DNA of 60,440 bases, filler included, from Sphacelaria rigidula (Eukaryota), in the NCBI GenBank assembly GCA_964200075.2. It is 3 parts of 3 records of this genome, joined end to end, with 100 filler letters (N's around TTAATTAATTAA, not from the genome) between each part and the next. Parts side by side here need not be neighbours in the genome. Positions count along the whole stretch, not along the records: positions 1 to 20,091 come from CAXNAA020000570.1; positions 20,192 to 40,272 come from CAXNAA020000572.1; 1 more part is not named here. One strand, written 5' to 3'. The translations under genes were made by a program, and so were the position numbers. This document shows, piece after piece, positions 10,954 to 23,500 of this stretch (position 1 is the first letter of the stretch; every line of letters starts with the position of its first letter). The notes beneath the pieces are model-generated. The model saw only the letters and a list, made by a program, of their open reading frames with translations. It did not search any database and had not been told where the DNA came from.

Positions 10954-13807
10954 TTATCTAGCCCAAAAATAAATCCGCCATCGATTGTGGGCCGGACCCG
11001 GGGGCCGCCGCTCCATCCACATATCCTACAACAGAATGTAGACAGAGCTACCGGTTAGATAGAATTACGGTGTTGGAAGTAAATCCTTCATGCACGCGTG
11101 TAGACGAAAGTGGACCAATCTTTCCACACCAGACCGCATGGAGATCAACAAAGTCGTAGTAAGATATGGTGATATCGAGAGGAACATTATCGCAGCTCCA
11201 ATCAGCATCGATATATTTCCTCGCGTGGCTTTTCCAGGTCGAGCGGTCCTTTTCTCGTTACCCACCACTTCGGGTAGATCGTTAATATATATCATTACTA
11301 TTTCTAGAATATATGGTACGCAGAGAAATGTTTCGTTTGTGTAGCAACCGCTCCCTCCCGTACAGAGAGACCCTACCCCCGTATCGTGTGTGTATGGGAG
11401 GCCGCGAAGTGTCTAGCCAGTATTTTCATGCGTGGCTGACCCCTTTTATGGCCGAGAGTTCCAGATAGTGTCCCTCAATCTGCATGCGGCGATCTCGGTG
11501 CTATCAACCCTGGTATCCATCCTATCAGAGACTGCGGCGTATTTCAAACAGGGTTAAACTACGGTGTAATGATCGCACATGCGTTACGGAGGAGATGGAG
11601 TCCTGCCGAGTTTTTTTCCTCGTTTTGGCGAGTATTTCTAAAGAGCGATGCATCTCTGCCTTTCGTGGTTGATATGCGACTCACGGGAATTAGGGGGAGG
11701 GGGGGGGGGGGGGGGGGGGGGATTGTTTTTTTGTTTTCGTGGTTGGTTTTCAGATCGACACCCCCCCCCGGCGGGGGGGGGGGGGGGGGGGGGGGGGGNN
11801 NNNNNNNNGGGTGTGTGGAGTGTTTTGGGGGGGGGGGGGGGGGGGGGGGGGCGTTCGAGTGGTGGTTACCGAGCGCACGGTGTGCAGGGCGTGCGGTCTC
11901 CGAGGGTGGGCGGGTGATGTAAAATGTACGGGGACGGGGTGTTCAAACTGTAATGGTAGTACTATGATTGCATTGCGCGTGCTCTACGAGCTCCGCGAAG
12001 GCTTGTCACACCGGTACTCCAGCATCAACCTGTCTGAGAACCTTCCTGCGACCCCGGTCGCGCGACTTTGATTGGCTACAATACCCCATCTTGGCGTCGC
12101 GGGGAATATGGGTGTTGCTTGAACGTGTTGTTCTGGAAGGAGTATGTCGGATACTCAAGTCGGATTGAACATGAGTATTTTCGAAAATGCATGTTGGGGA
12201 GACGGCATCACCACGCCTCGACATGTCTCGACATGAGTGAAGTGTAGAGATGCTGTTGTCCCCGCACTACTGTGCATGAGTAAGTAGAACAATATTTATC
12301 CAGATAAACGTCACAACATGTGTACCGCAACAGGGTGTTCGCCTCGCACCAGAAGTCATAGTTGTGTTTTATAAGCTGTATGTCTGCAGAGGTCGCAGTT
12401 GTATTTCGAGCATAACTGACCGCGGGGGCGGAGGTGCTGACTATTCCCAACTGTTCGCCCTTGCATCGACTGCTGCATGTTGGCTCTTCTCCGCGGCATC
12501 GAAGACCACTACGTTCGCACGCAGATTGAGAAAGTATACGGTGCTTTCGAAGCATCAGCAGATAATCCGTGCGATTTCACGAGCCACGGGCACGGATATT
12601 ATCTTTGTACAATTGGTGGTTGCGCAAAAGTGGCGATGGACAGCATTTACGCGGCGCAGCCCAAGGTTTCTCGGGTAGAGAGGTACGTCGACGGTGTTCA
12701 AGTCGCGTCTCCGCTTCGTACTCGGGGCTCTCCCGACCTTCCCCCATAGCCGCGTATCGAATCTGATTTTCCAGGGAAAACCAGGGAAAATAGCGGCATG
12801 AGGCTCTCCTGACGACGGAGAGTGCGAGGAGATTGTCGGCGCACTGGGGGGGGGGGGGGGGGATCGCTGGCCTACCAGCGGAGTCCTTCGCCGATCTCAG
12901 GAGCATCTACACGCTATGCTTCCCCGGCGGCAACGGCATCAGTAGGTCAGGCTATTGAACAACTATCGCCATTATCGAACTTATGGGGTACATGTCGCGT
13001 CAACCCTGCGGTACCCAACCGTCCGCGAGACGGATCCAACGCGCATATATGGGAGGCTTACAGAAGTAGTTGAGCCATGCTACGATAGGGAGGGGAATGT
13101 TTGATCCTACAAAAAGGGCTCATGGGTGTGTCAGACGATCCACCACACTCGCGGTGCGCTTGTATTTGGGCAAAAACGGGTTCCAGCAATCGTTGCTGCT
13201 TTCAACGACGATTGGACGTGGAACCTCGTGGAAGAAAATGGCCCAGAATACTCCCCCCCCCCTGTATCGTAGCACTACTCCGTTGCGTAAACGGTTTCGA
13301 CGGGGGATTGCGACTATTCGTGTTGCCAAAATTGTAGCGCGATGATATGAACATATCTCGAATATGCTTCATCTGAACCCCATGCTCGACGTTAAGTAGT
13401 TATCTCGGCAAGGCAGTCCTCGACAAATGCTTGGACGACCTTTGGGGTCGTCGGATGCGAGGAGTGTCAAAACCTGCGCGCAGTTGTTCATTGGGAGGCG
13501 ATCGCGGTCGTCGGCAGGAGTCGAGAGCCTCTTTTACTGCGGGCGGCGTGATGTACGCGCACGTCTTTCAGAAAATGGCGGAGAGCCCAGCGGATGTGTT
13601 GGGTATTTCGTGGCACCTCCTGGTGAGCTATAGTGCTGTATCTCGGAAGACGATAGGTGTAACTTGGCCGCAAAATATCGATCATGGCACCTGCTACAAG
13701 AAGCGACTCGGGGGTTGATACTCACATCACAATCGAGTACGTACACTGCCCTTTTGTTTCTTTCTCTGTGCTCCCATGTCCTCCACATTCCATGCGTCTC
13801 CTCCGCC

Positions 13808-14035
13808 CCTCCCCGTCTCGTGAGTGTTTTTTAGTCTCCCGTCTCGCGCGTGTTTCATGTTTCCTCCTCTGGTGGGTATTTTTATAGCCCCCCGTGTCGC
13901 GACTATTTTTGCGATCCCTCCACCCGTGAGTATTTTTACAGTCCCCCGTCTCGATAGTAATTTTGTAGTCCCCCTGTCTCGTGTGAGTATTTTCACGTCA
14001 TTTACTGTCCCCCCTACCGGCAGTATTTCAGAGTG
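13808..14035. repeat. Degenerate ~26-27-bp minisatellite
   Basis: About 8 units resembling CCCCGTCTCGTGAGTATTTTTACAGT. Confidence 0.7.
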
Positions 14036-15444
14036 TTCATGGGGGAGCGACGTATGCTGTTTCTCACACCTTCAGAAATCTGACAATTTTCCCATCCATG
14101 TTTACCTTGCCACGATGCATTTTTGTTTTACCTTTCGTGGCGGAGGTGTCACCCTGCCTTCTGATCACGATTATACCGTGCATAATACCAGCCGATTGCA
14201 GACAAGCTACGACCCGGTCCGCTGGAGCGTAGCGGCGCCCTGCCCTGTGGTACGGACGGTGTTGTGCCTATGGCAGCGGTGTGGCACTTCTTCAATGCTG
14301 TGGGTAACTTTACGGACCACAGCGGGGGTCACGGGGAGCATTTCCTTTTCCTTCACTAAGCGTCGAGAAAGTCCGTGCGGCCTATGATCACGCGGAGCCC
14401 TATCATCGCGTCCAATCGCATGTCGACTCTTGCACCCTACTACTGTTGCGCGCTGCTGCTGCTGGTGGGGGCGTGAGAGTGGGGCTCAAGACGTGTTTGC
14501 CGAGGCACATTTTCGCGCTTGCCCAGACATACTTCCATGATCTCCGTCGGCAAGGATGCTACGCTATGACTCTCTTAGAGGTTATAACAGTATACGCGGC
14601 TTTGGTTCACAAAGCTGGCGGTGCAAAGGTGGGCGATGAGGGCGAATGCCTGGGTCGGAAAGGGAGGGGGGAGAGCAGATGCCTCCGGATCGCGCGGTTC
14701 GCGAGGTATGGCATGCAGGTGAACTCGTGATCTTGCATGCCGAGTTGATATGACCATTGGTGTGCGGGGGGGGAAGGATGGAAGGCAAATACCTGTGTTG
14801 GAAGTATGGAAACTAGTGTGCGTAGTACGAGGAGGTGCTATCGCCCAATCGAGTTGTGCAGAGTACGGGGGGATGCATTAATCCCGATTATCCCGTGAAA
14901 AGTTTCACAGACACGACTTTTATATGTTCACCCCTTCATTGTGCTGAAGCCGAAAAGGATGTTTTCGGGGACCAATAACAGTCGATAACCCCTCGTGTCG
15001 ATTTCCGTACTTGGGTGCTGAGTTTTTTTTGGAGTTATCTCGCATACCTTTCTTCATTAGCACTCCAAATTGTTAGAGTCTGTAGGTATTGAGAAAAGAA
15101 GCAGGTCGTTCTCGAGATATATATGTCCCCAACTTTGTGGTGTCGGGGTGGTACGGAGTAAGGACCTCGTTTATTCGGGGGTGTTGATGATCGTCAGGCG
15201 TCAAACACATTTATGCAGCTTTAAATCAGTCAATATATGAAAATAAAGATAAACAAATTGGGTTAGTTCTCGAGAACGACGGGATCGGTTTAATTGAGCA
15301 ATAATACCGAAGTGCAGCCGGGAACCCCCCGAGGACCAGTTACCCGTAGGTCGTTCAGTAGTGGCTGCAGAAATTATTTTCTCTGTAGATTGTGGAGTGG
15401 GTACCAGCATCTCTTGATCCCCAACACTTTGAGATCAAAGTTCG

Positions 15445-16565
15445 GTAGGGTACGGGTATAATCGGTAGAGAATGGGCTTCCGTGCAGAAGTTACAGAACT
15501 ATCGAGTACCGGCATGGGTATCTTACAGAAGCTACAAAACCTATCGGGCAGGGTATGGGAGGCTTAAAAAACTCACAAAACCTTTCGGATAGGGTACGGA
15601 GGTTGCACAGAAAAACGAACCCACAGCCGTATTAAAAGGTATACCCGCGCTCAAATTAAGGATGAAAATTTTGTTCAGAATATACAGCACTGTCAGGTAA
15701 AGGTATGGGAGACTTACCGAACTCACAGAACTGTCGGGCGCGGGTATAAAGAGCTTACAGAACTCACAGAGCCACCGTGTAGGGGTATGAAAGTCTTCCG
15801 GCAGATGCAGAACTCTCAGGTCCCGGTATGAAAGTCTTCCAGAAGTCACAGACCTGTCAGGTACGGGCAATACCCGAAGAAGTGCCCGCGGTATACGCAA
15901 ATCGAAGCCTACAAAACACAGCCTTGGACACGACCACGATCAAAGTCAGTGACCTGCACCTTGCTACTTCATTCACCTGGGGGCGCAGATGAACCCCCCC
16001 ACTCAAGACTGGGAGTGATCCATCCTGACAGTCTGCATTGTTGCTCATGTTCCGTCGCTCGGTATCCCGTAACCCGCCAGTGTACGTAATTCACAAAGTT
16101 GATTTTTTTTGTGTGTGTGGTGTTGAGTGAACGAGGGTGGTTTGATGGGGGGTTGAGGGCGCACATTTAGGTCATCAGATTGTGTCGGGATTGACCACCA
16201 AATCCATACCTCCCAACGGCATATACCCGTGCGCGTAGTTGCATCGAGTATACCTAGATGGGTATACCCTAACCCCGGGTAGGGGTATGGGAGGCTCAAA
16301 GAAGTCACACAATTGTCCGGTACCGGTATGAAAGTCTTTCAGACGTTACAGAAATTGTTGGGTGGCGTATGCAGGTTGCAAAAAACAACGTGTTTTTTCT
16401 CAAGGGTATACCCGTGCCCTCGGCGAGGGTGCGGAGGCCTACAGAACTCATAGAACTATCAGGCAGGTGTGTGAAAGCCTTACAAATGTTACAGAACAGT
16501 CATATACCGGTATTAAAGTCTTACAGAAGTCACAGAACGTTCAGGTACGGATAATACCGCACCCT
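15445..16565. repeat. Degenerate tandem array (GGGTATG...CTTACAGAACTCACAGAA..GTCGG), interrupted at ~15900-16250
   Basis: Repeated TTACAGAA, TCACAGAA and GGGTA(C/T)GGG motifs with a period of ~40 bp. Confidence 0.75.
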
Positions 16566-17784
16566 ATAGGACAGCCGCGAAACTTTCCCTGTGATAAGCG
16601 GGGATAGACGACAAACCCTTGAAAATGGCCAACTACTGCATTCTGAAAGTATTGCAAAAATCACTCCACTCTACCGTGCGCTACTATACACCCAGGAGCG
16701 GGGCTGAAAAATTTCCATGTGTAGATGAAGGACAGAAATTGTGAGCTGAACGGTGTAGAGGTTCGTCCGGTGAAATGACGGAGTGGTGCTGCGGTAGGTA
16801 GGGGGTACACATCTTGTTTTCTGACTTTCGAATTGCTAGGAGCCCTCTACGTTATCCAAATAATGACTCATGTATCATGTCAGGGCGCGCCACGATTAGC
16901 ATTCCACTGGGCTAGAGATGTCCCAAATAAATATAAAAATGGGATTGTCCTGACCCATTTACTAGTGTAGCTCTCAAGTATAGGGGCCCCTGGATGAGAA
17001 AGACTAGGGCCCAAAATGCAACTCCTGCTGCCGTCACATTACTCAACGGCTCACACCCGCAGATCTCATCCCAGTGTAGGAAAATCTTGATAAATAATGT
17101 GGCCCCCACTTAGGTGCCATCGATGACGTAGGATATCACCCCCTTGAACCGTTCATTCTATCGTTCGTTGAGGTAAAATAGCATGCCCTTGAATGATCTC
17201 TTCCGCGACATTCATCACCACAAAAGTCGGAAAATAGCAAGACAAAGGGGCTCCCTCCTCCCCACTCTCTTACTCGCCCAAATACCCGAAACTGCCTCAC
17301 AACTCCTGTCTCTTATCTCCTCCTGCCGTGCTGACAGGAGCTACAAAGTATCCCAGCTTTCCCTCCCCTCCAAATGGCTGAGTTTACGCGTGCAGTTGCA
17401 ATTCGCCATCGGCATCGATCAGCATCAGCAAACAATAGGTCGGTCAAGGCCTGTGCTTGTGGTAAGGTAACTTGTCGAGAGATGACAGCTTCCACGGAAC
17501 AGATAACAAGACATACCGTGGACGGGACATACCACTACCCCCAGTTTCATCTCTCCATGAACTTGATGACTGTTTAAAATCACTCAAAACCGTCAACCGT
17601 TCGAGCGCACGCGAATGAGGACCTATCTGGCAGTCGTTTTTCACAGGAAACCGATACCCAGTCGATAGGTTGAACACTCCTGTGCAGTCAAAGGTGAAGA
17701 GAATATCGGATCTGGTGTGATGTGGTGGTTGCCATCTCACACGCGGTGCAGGAGGAGTGGGAAACACCGGTTTCGTCAACCAAT

Positions 17785-18103
17785 GCGCGCCCCGTTGGTG
17801 TAATTGTCCGACTGTCACCATCAGGGTGACGAGAACGAGGGTTCGATTCCCGATGCGTTGGGTTTTTTCTTCGTGCTCTCCCATTTCCACCGTGGAAAGC
17901 GTGAGAGCGTGAGTAAACAAAGTAGTTGAGGAAGTTTGTTTGACGGGAGTTGACGCGGTGCGGGAGTGCTGACCTAGCCCGCGAAAATAAAATGCGACGC
18001 GTGTACCGGGGAGAGAAGAGCTGATCCCTGGGGACCACGGACTCATCCCGAGGAAGGGAAGGGATCCAAAGTGCGACAAATAGATGAGTAAAATAATAAT
18101 AAA
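17785..18103 (+). mobile_element. tRNA-derived SINE, family B
   Basis: A-box TGGTGTAATTG (~17796), B-box GGTTCGATTCC (~17840), body similar to 40440-40710, A/T-rich tail. Confidence 0.7.
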
Positions 18104-20091
18104 CGCAACGTTCAACACACAGTTCCCTCGTCGTTTCCAACCATCACCATGTAGCTTCGCTACCCACAGTACGAGGGTGCGAAACCGAATCAATCACGCA
18201 CAACGCCACAAAGCCGATGACCTCTTACGGATGCATCCTGTACAGTCCTCGACAGCTCTCAGTATTGTCGCCGCCGCTGCTCCGAGTTGGTCTGCGACTA
18301 GAAACGGTAAAACGGTGATCGCAAACAGCACGATGTAATTGCACGGCAGTTTAGATATACTGGCATTGCCGTTGAAAAGTGTAACGTGCTGTACCTAGCG
18401 GAGGTTTCAATCGCTCGCTTACAGACACGAGCGCTCTAAAAGCAGCTACCGCGTCACACAGCACAACCCCTCCTCTGGTGCTCCATACGGCCTGCTTTAA
18501 AAAGGGGAAATTGTGCGTTGGCATCAATCTAGTCGTCCCCGTATCTCGGCGGCTGTGAAGCTGTTGTACGGTGCGACTGCAAGCACCCTTCGAACATTCC
18601 GAGGGGAGTTTTCTCAAGCTAGCGGTCAGTAGTCGAATGATGGTCGACAAAGTGTGGATGTTCTAGGGTCGACACAACTGATGGGGAGGCATCGACCTCT
18701 ATCCCCTGCTGGTGCAAGTCGCAGCCCGGAGAACATCATTGCTGCCGCTTCGAGCTGCCGGAAAAACAAGGGATTCTCAAACATGGGGAATGACTTTTGT
18801 CATGAGATTGATCTTCGATTGTGTTCGCACTTGTGGGAAATGGTACCCCTCGGAGGCGCTTTCAAAGGAAGTAGGGAACCCCGAAGAGGTGCCTTCGAGG
18901 GGTAATATTTCCCACAAGTCCGAATGGCATCGGGAATTTTATGGCTGCATATCCAGGGTTAATGTACGAGATTATACCCCCAAAAGAGCTCGTTGTACGT
19001 ACCTCATTCTCCTTCAAGGATTCATGCAAACCTAGTGATGATCTCGAATGCGACGGGGTAAAGTGGTAGGTACCTATGGCATGTACTCCTGTGGCGCTCC
19101 GGAAATAACCTCACTGTTTTTGCTTTGTTTCTTGGTTCCCTTTCCCATTTATGTTTCTTTATATTAAGCGCTTCCTCCTTCCTTCTGTCATTCTCGCTTC
19201 TCCCTCTCTCGCTTTCGGATCTTACCTTCTGTGTTATTTTTGGGCCATAGACACTAGTGGGGTCGACCCGCGCCCTTTTCAGCCAAAAGGGGATATTGGC
19301 ACAACTCTGTCCGTGCTCCTCTGAGATCGATCGAAATTCAATACTGACGCAAAGGCGAGTCAATCATGGCCTAGGCAGAGCACGGGAGTCGACTTTCACG
19401 AACTTTCGGCCGTGCCTACGGACCAAGCAGTACCGCGGGCAACAAGAGCTGCGGAATAGGCCTCCATGAGTTCGAGAATGGGGTGGGGCTACCCACCGAC
19501 ATCTACTACTACTGTTTTTATTCTAGGCCCTCTTTTTGCATGGTGAGACTTCTTTTTTGCCAAAGCAGACCCTCTGTTGACCACTCTCCGCCCCTCAAAA
19601 ATTTACCCTCCACGGCACGGCACGGCGCTACATCACAGGACGTACAAGATCTCCCCCGCATCTTTCCTCGGTCTAGAGAAATCTGCCCTCAGATGTGATA
19701 TTTCGGAGAAAGTAACAACGGTCCGAAACTGTTCGGGAATTTGTATTGTGAAGAAGTGAAACGCTCCGTCTAAAGCAGCCACGCCCCTTCTAGGACTGTT
19801 TCCTCGTATATGTCAGGAGCTCGATCCGTTGGGATCCGTTGGGGTCTCTGCAGTTGTTGCAGAGCAATAAAATGTGATAGATCATGGTCAGCCTTTACTG
19901 TTGTTGTTCCGTGAGGTAGAGAACAAGTGGACGTCCCGATAGAGTCTGGGATGTGTGCGGGCGATTTCTCCAGGCCACGGGAAGATGCGACAAGTCATCC
20001 TACGATAGGGGGGGGGGGGGATTTTGGGCCATTTGTTGCTCGAAATTGGGGGGCAGGTCGGCGTTGAAAACAGCAACGATTGTTCGAACAA

Positions 20092-20191
20092 NNNNNNNNN
20101 NNNNNNNNNNNNNNNNNNNNNNNNNNNNNNNNNNNTTAATTAATTAANNNNNNNNNNNNNNNNNNNNNNNNNNNNNNNNNNNNNNNNNNNN
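20092..20191. other. Artificial contig linker N44-TTAATTAATTAA-N44
   Basis: Exactly 100 nt. The core 12-mer gives stops in all six frames. Identical to 40273-40372. Confidence 0.97.
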
Positions 20192-20512
20192 CTTAAAGCG
20201 AATGATCAAAGCCACTCTCAATCGTATCATATACTCTCAATCTCACGAAAACACTGTTAGACGAGAAATTCGAGCGGGGACTGCAAGTAGAGAGCGAGTA
20301 CATGCTTTGTTCCCCAGGAGAGTACCCTGCTTCTTCCATTGATAGTCTCAGCGATCATCAGTAGCAAGCCTTGTAGACGTCTACATTTTTATGTGGGTAT
20401 GGAAATGTCTCATTGATCCCGTTGCCGCTTCCAACTGTGGATGCGCAGGCCTGATTAAACTTGGCACGTGGTAACCCTCAACAAAGAACAAGGGGACAAC
20501 GAACAAATAACC

Positions 20513-23500
20513 ATGGGCATCTTGGGCTCGCCGCTACCAGCTCTTGAACATGTTTCAAGTGCTAGAGTGAAGATGGACGAACTCTTAGTTTTCTGGGTGA
20601 GCCAAAAGGAGACCGACAAGCTCCTGAGAGGCTACCTCGAGGCTGTGGCTGCTGATCAGCCGCTGGACAAGCCGGGTTCTTCATGCCTCGTGCAAACGCT
20701 GTCGTCACCGTCGTCCTCAACGTCGCTGCCATTGTCACCTCGGTCACTTTCCCCGCTGAAATCCCCCGGTGGTCCTGGCACAGGCCCCGCAGGGTTGGCG
20801 CATCGATCGTCGACCTCAAAAAACAATTGGTCACCGCATCCGTCTTCGCGCTCGGAGAGGTTTGAGCGATTTCATTCCCCTGAGAAGAGATCACCTTCCC
20901 GTTCATCTGGAGTTTCAGAAGAGAGTTCACGCTCTCGCCCTCTCGACGCTTCTCTCAAGGTCACGGACGAAGGCCGTGCGAGAGTGAGAAGAGCAGATAT
21001 TCCACGCTTCTGGGTGGAGGGAGAGGGCGGACGAGGGAGGGGCCGTCCAATCCCGTGCGACTCTTTAGAGGCCCGGCGTCAAGAGATGGAGCGACTTTTT
21101 GAAAGACATCCTGACGGACTTGGAGTGGATGACTTCGTTCCCGTCACCAAGACGCTCTGCGGGTTCCCGAGCTTCTTCAACGCCGTGCTCTTCAAACGTA
21201 TATTTGCCCGGACACAAGTTAACTCAGCCGCACAAGCCCAAGGCGAGCATAAGGGATTGCCGGGAGGAGAGGGAGGAGAGGGCGCTGGATCAGGTGTTGG
21301 AGCTGATGAATTGCCCGCCGACGCGCGAATACCCTTGGCTCTCTTCGAAGAGTTTTGGAAAGATGAGATCGAAACGTACGATTACATCGACAGGTTCTTT
21401 CGCCTGGTCAAAAAAACCGAGAACAGCTTCATCGAGAAGGTAAGAGCCTCCATATAAGTAAATGGTAGCAAGGCCTTGATACGAGTCACCAGGTTCCTCA
21501 CGGAGACAGCGACAGGCTACTATTTCGAATGTCAATGTCGAGGTATGCCTCAGCCTGTCTGGCACTGCATTTCTCGAGACCTCAGTGGTCGGAAGCAAGC
21601 CGGTTGTTCATTGTGTCGTGACCATCGGGCAGAAAGCTGTGGAGAATATTTCGTTGTCGCGGAAGCGAAAAGAGACGGGGTCTCATTCCATTTCCGCACC
21701 ATACCTGTCGCCTACGTCAGTCAGATCTATGATGGGAGTGGTCCTAGAGTAGAACGGTTCCGTCCTGCTTGACGGAGAGGAGTGTTATTTGTTGTGCCTG
21801 ACGTGCCCGTCGTACCCGTTGTCATCCCGTGTCGCGGAAATCGAACTGCCATGATTCCAATCCATAGATATTATAGAAGTGAAACAACATACCACCCTCT
21901 ACTTTGGAAACACTGAAAGAGATTCTGTTGACGTAGTTCACAAACATGTATTTAATACGAATTATACATGTATTGCGTTGAAGCGTTGAGGTGCTAGTCT
22001 GATGCTCTGTGATGAGCTTGCAGCGACCATGGACAACGTGTTAAGCCGATATTAATATGTATTTTACGTGCCGAAACGCGCTTGGAAACCGATGTTGGCA
22101 TTAATTTATTCTGCGGGAGCAATGCAGGATGACCTGCAACCGTTCATTAGGGAGTTACTCCTGTACCACCCAGGATTGGAGTTCCTCGAGGCCCACCCGG
22201 ACTTCCACCCCAAGTACGCCACAACGGTCACGACTAGAATATTTTACATCGTCAACACGAGGTAAGTCTGTCCATCAAACGTCCTCCAGTCGGTGGTAAT
22301 CGTCGATATCATGCACTCCGATGTCCGATCAAAGTGTTGGCATAAAAAATGAACGCATACCAATAAGACAAGCCCGTGGAAAAAATGGCGTCATTCCTGG
22401 AGTCCACTACTGAGCACGCTGAAGTCTCGGGTCGTTGACTGTCATGAACGCAGTTTCATTGGCGCCAGTTGTGGGAGTCCGCCGAGCGGTCGTACTTTCT
22501 CCAGCTACGCCTAGTGGAACGTAGTGCCGTCTCCGACGCTGTATGTTTTTGTGGATCGCACAGCGAAGCTTTTAGAACGAAGCGTTGCGTTTTTGCTCAA
22601 ACATGCGCGGGATGGCCGTCTTGTGGACTGTGCTTACATTCCAGTCATGGGCATGTCGCGTGTGTTACTCGTCGTAAGTCATCATACCTGTTGCCACACC
22701 CTCCCCGTTGTTACTTTGTCAGTCGGTGTGGCCGTATAAGTCAAGGCGAGCTGCGGAAGAGCAATCTGGTGGAGGTATTCAACACCGTTGATGAAGAAGA
22801 GGACATTAACAAGGTATTTACACACTGCAGCTTGAGACCTTTGCGAACGCGACACAAACCCTGACACGTCAATTTGCTCACGGCAAAGTATGTGCACCTG
22901 TTTCTGATCAATACACAGGTCACGGAGTACTTTTCATACGAGCACTTCTATGTGGTGTTCTGCCGCTTCTACGAGCTTGATGCTGATCGAGATGGGCGAT
23001 TAAGTAGAGAGGATCTCATGAAGTACGGCGAGCACGGGCTAAGCCACCTCATCGTGGATAGGTGTGTCTTGCGACTGTATTTTAGTGATATGGGGGGCAA
23101 CCACCTTCGTTGCTCCAGAAACACTTTTATCTTGTGTGCACCAATCGGCGGGCGAATACGTGGGAAGTCCTGGTGCTATCCATCCGTTACATAGCCATTG
23201 CTACAACATTCCTTTCCTTGGTTTCACACACTTCGCAATTGAGCGTGCTGCCCGCCATCTGAGATGGACTCAGAACACATCCGCTTGTGTGGGCAGGACC
23301 CCATATTTGTGGTGAACCTCGTTTGTTGAAATGACTTCAATTAAAAGAAACTCCCGGGAAATTTCAGGTTCAGCCTCGACTACTAAACGCATTCGCATCA
23401 TCACCACTGACAATGAGGAACTGGAAACACGACATGAAGAAATAAATCAGACACTTGACCAGTGCCACAACACCACGGGGTGTTCCTGTGAAGAGAAAAA

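Noticed and set aside
9300..20091. Many short ORFs as host or viral genes
   Set aside because: They show no recognisable motifs or consistent exon chains, and the region is mostly decayed repeats.
20136..20147. TTAATTAATTAA as a biological site (piggyBac TTAA or PacI)
   Set aside because: It is centred in N runs and repeated identically, so it is an assembly linker.
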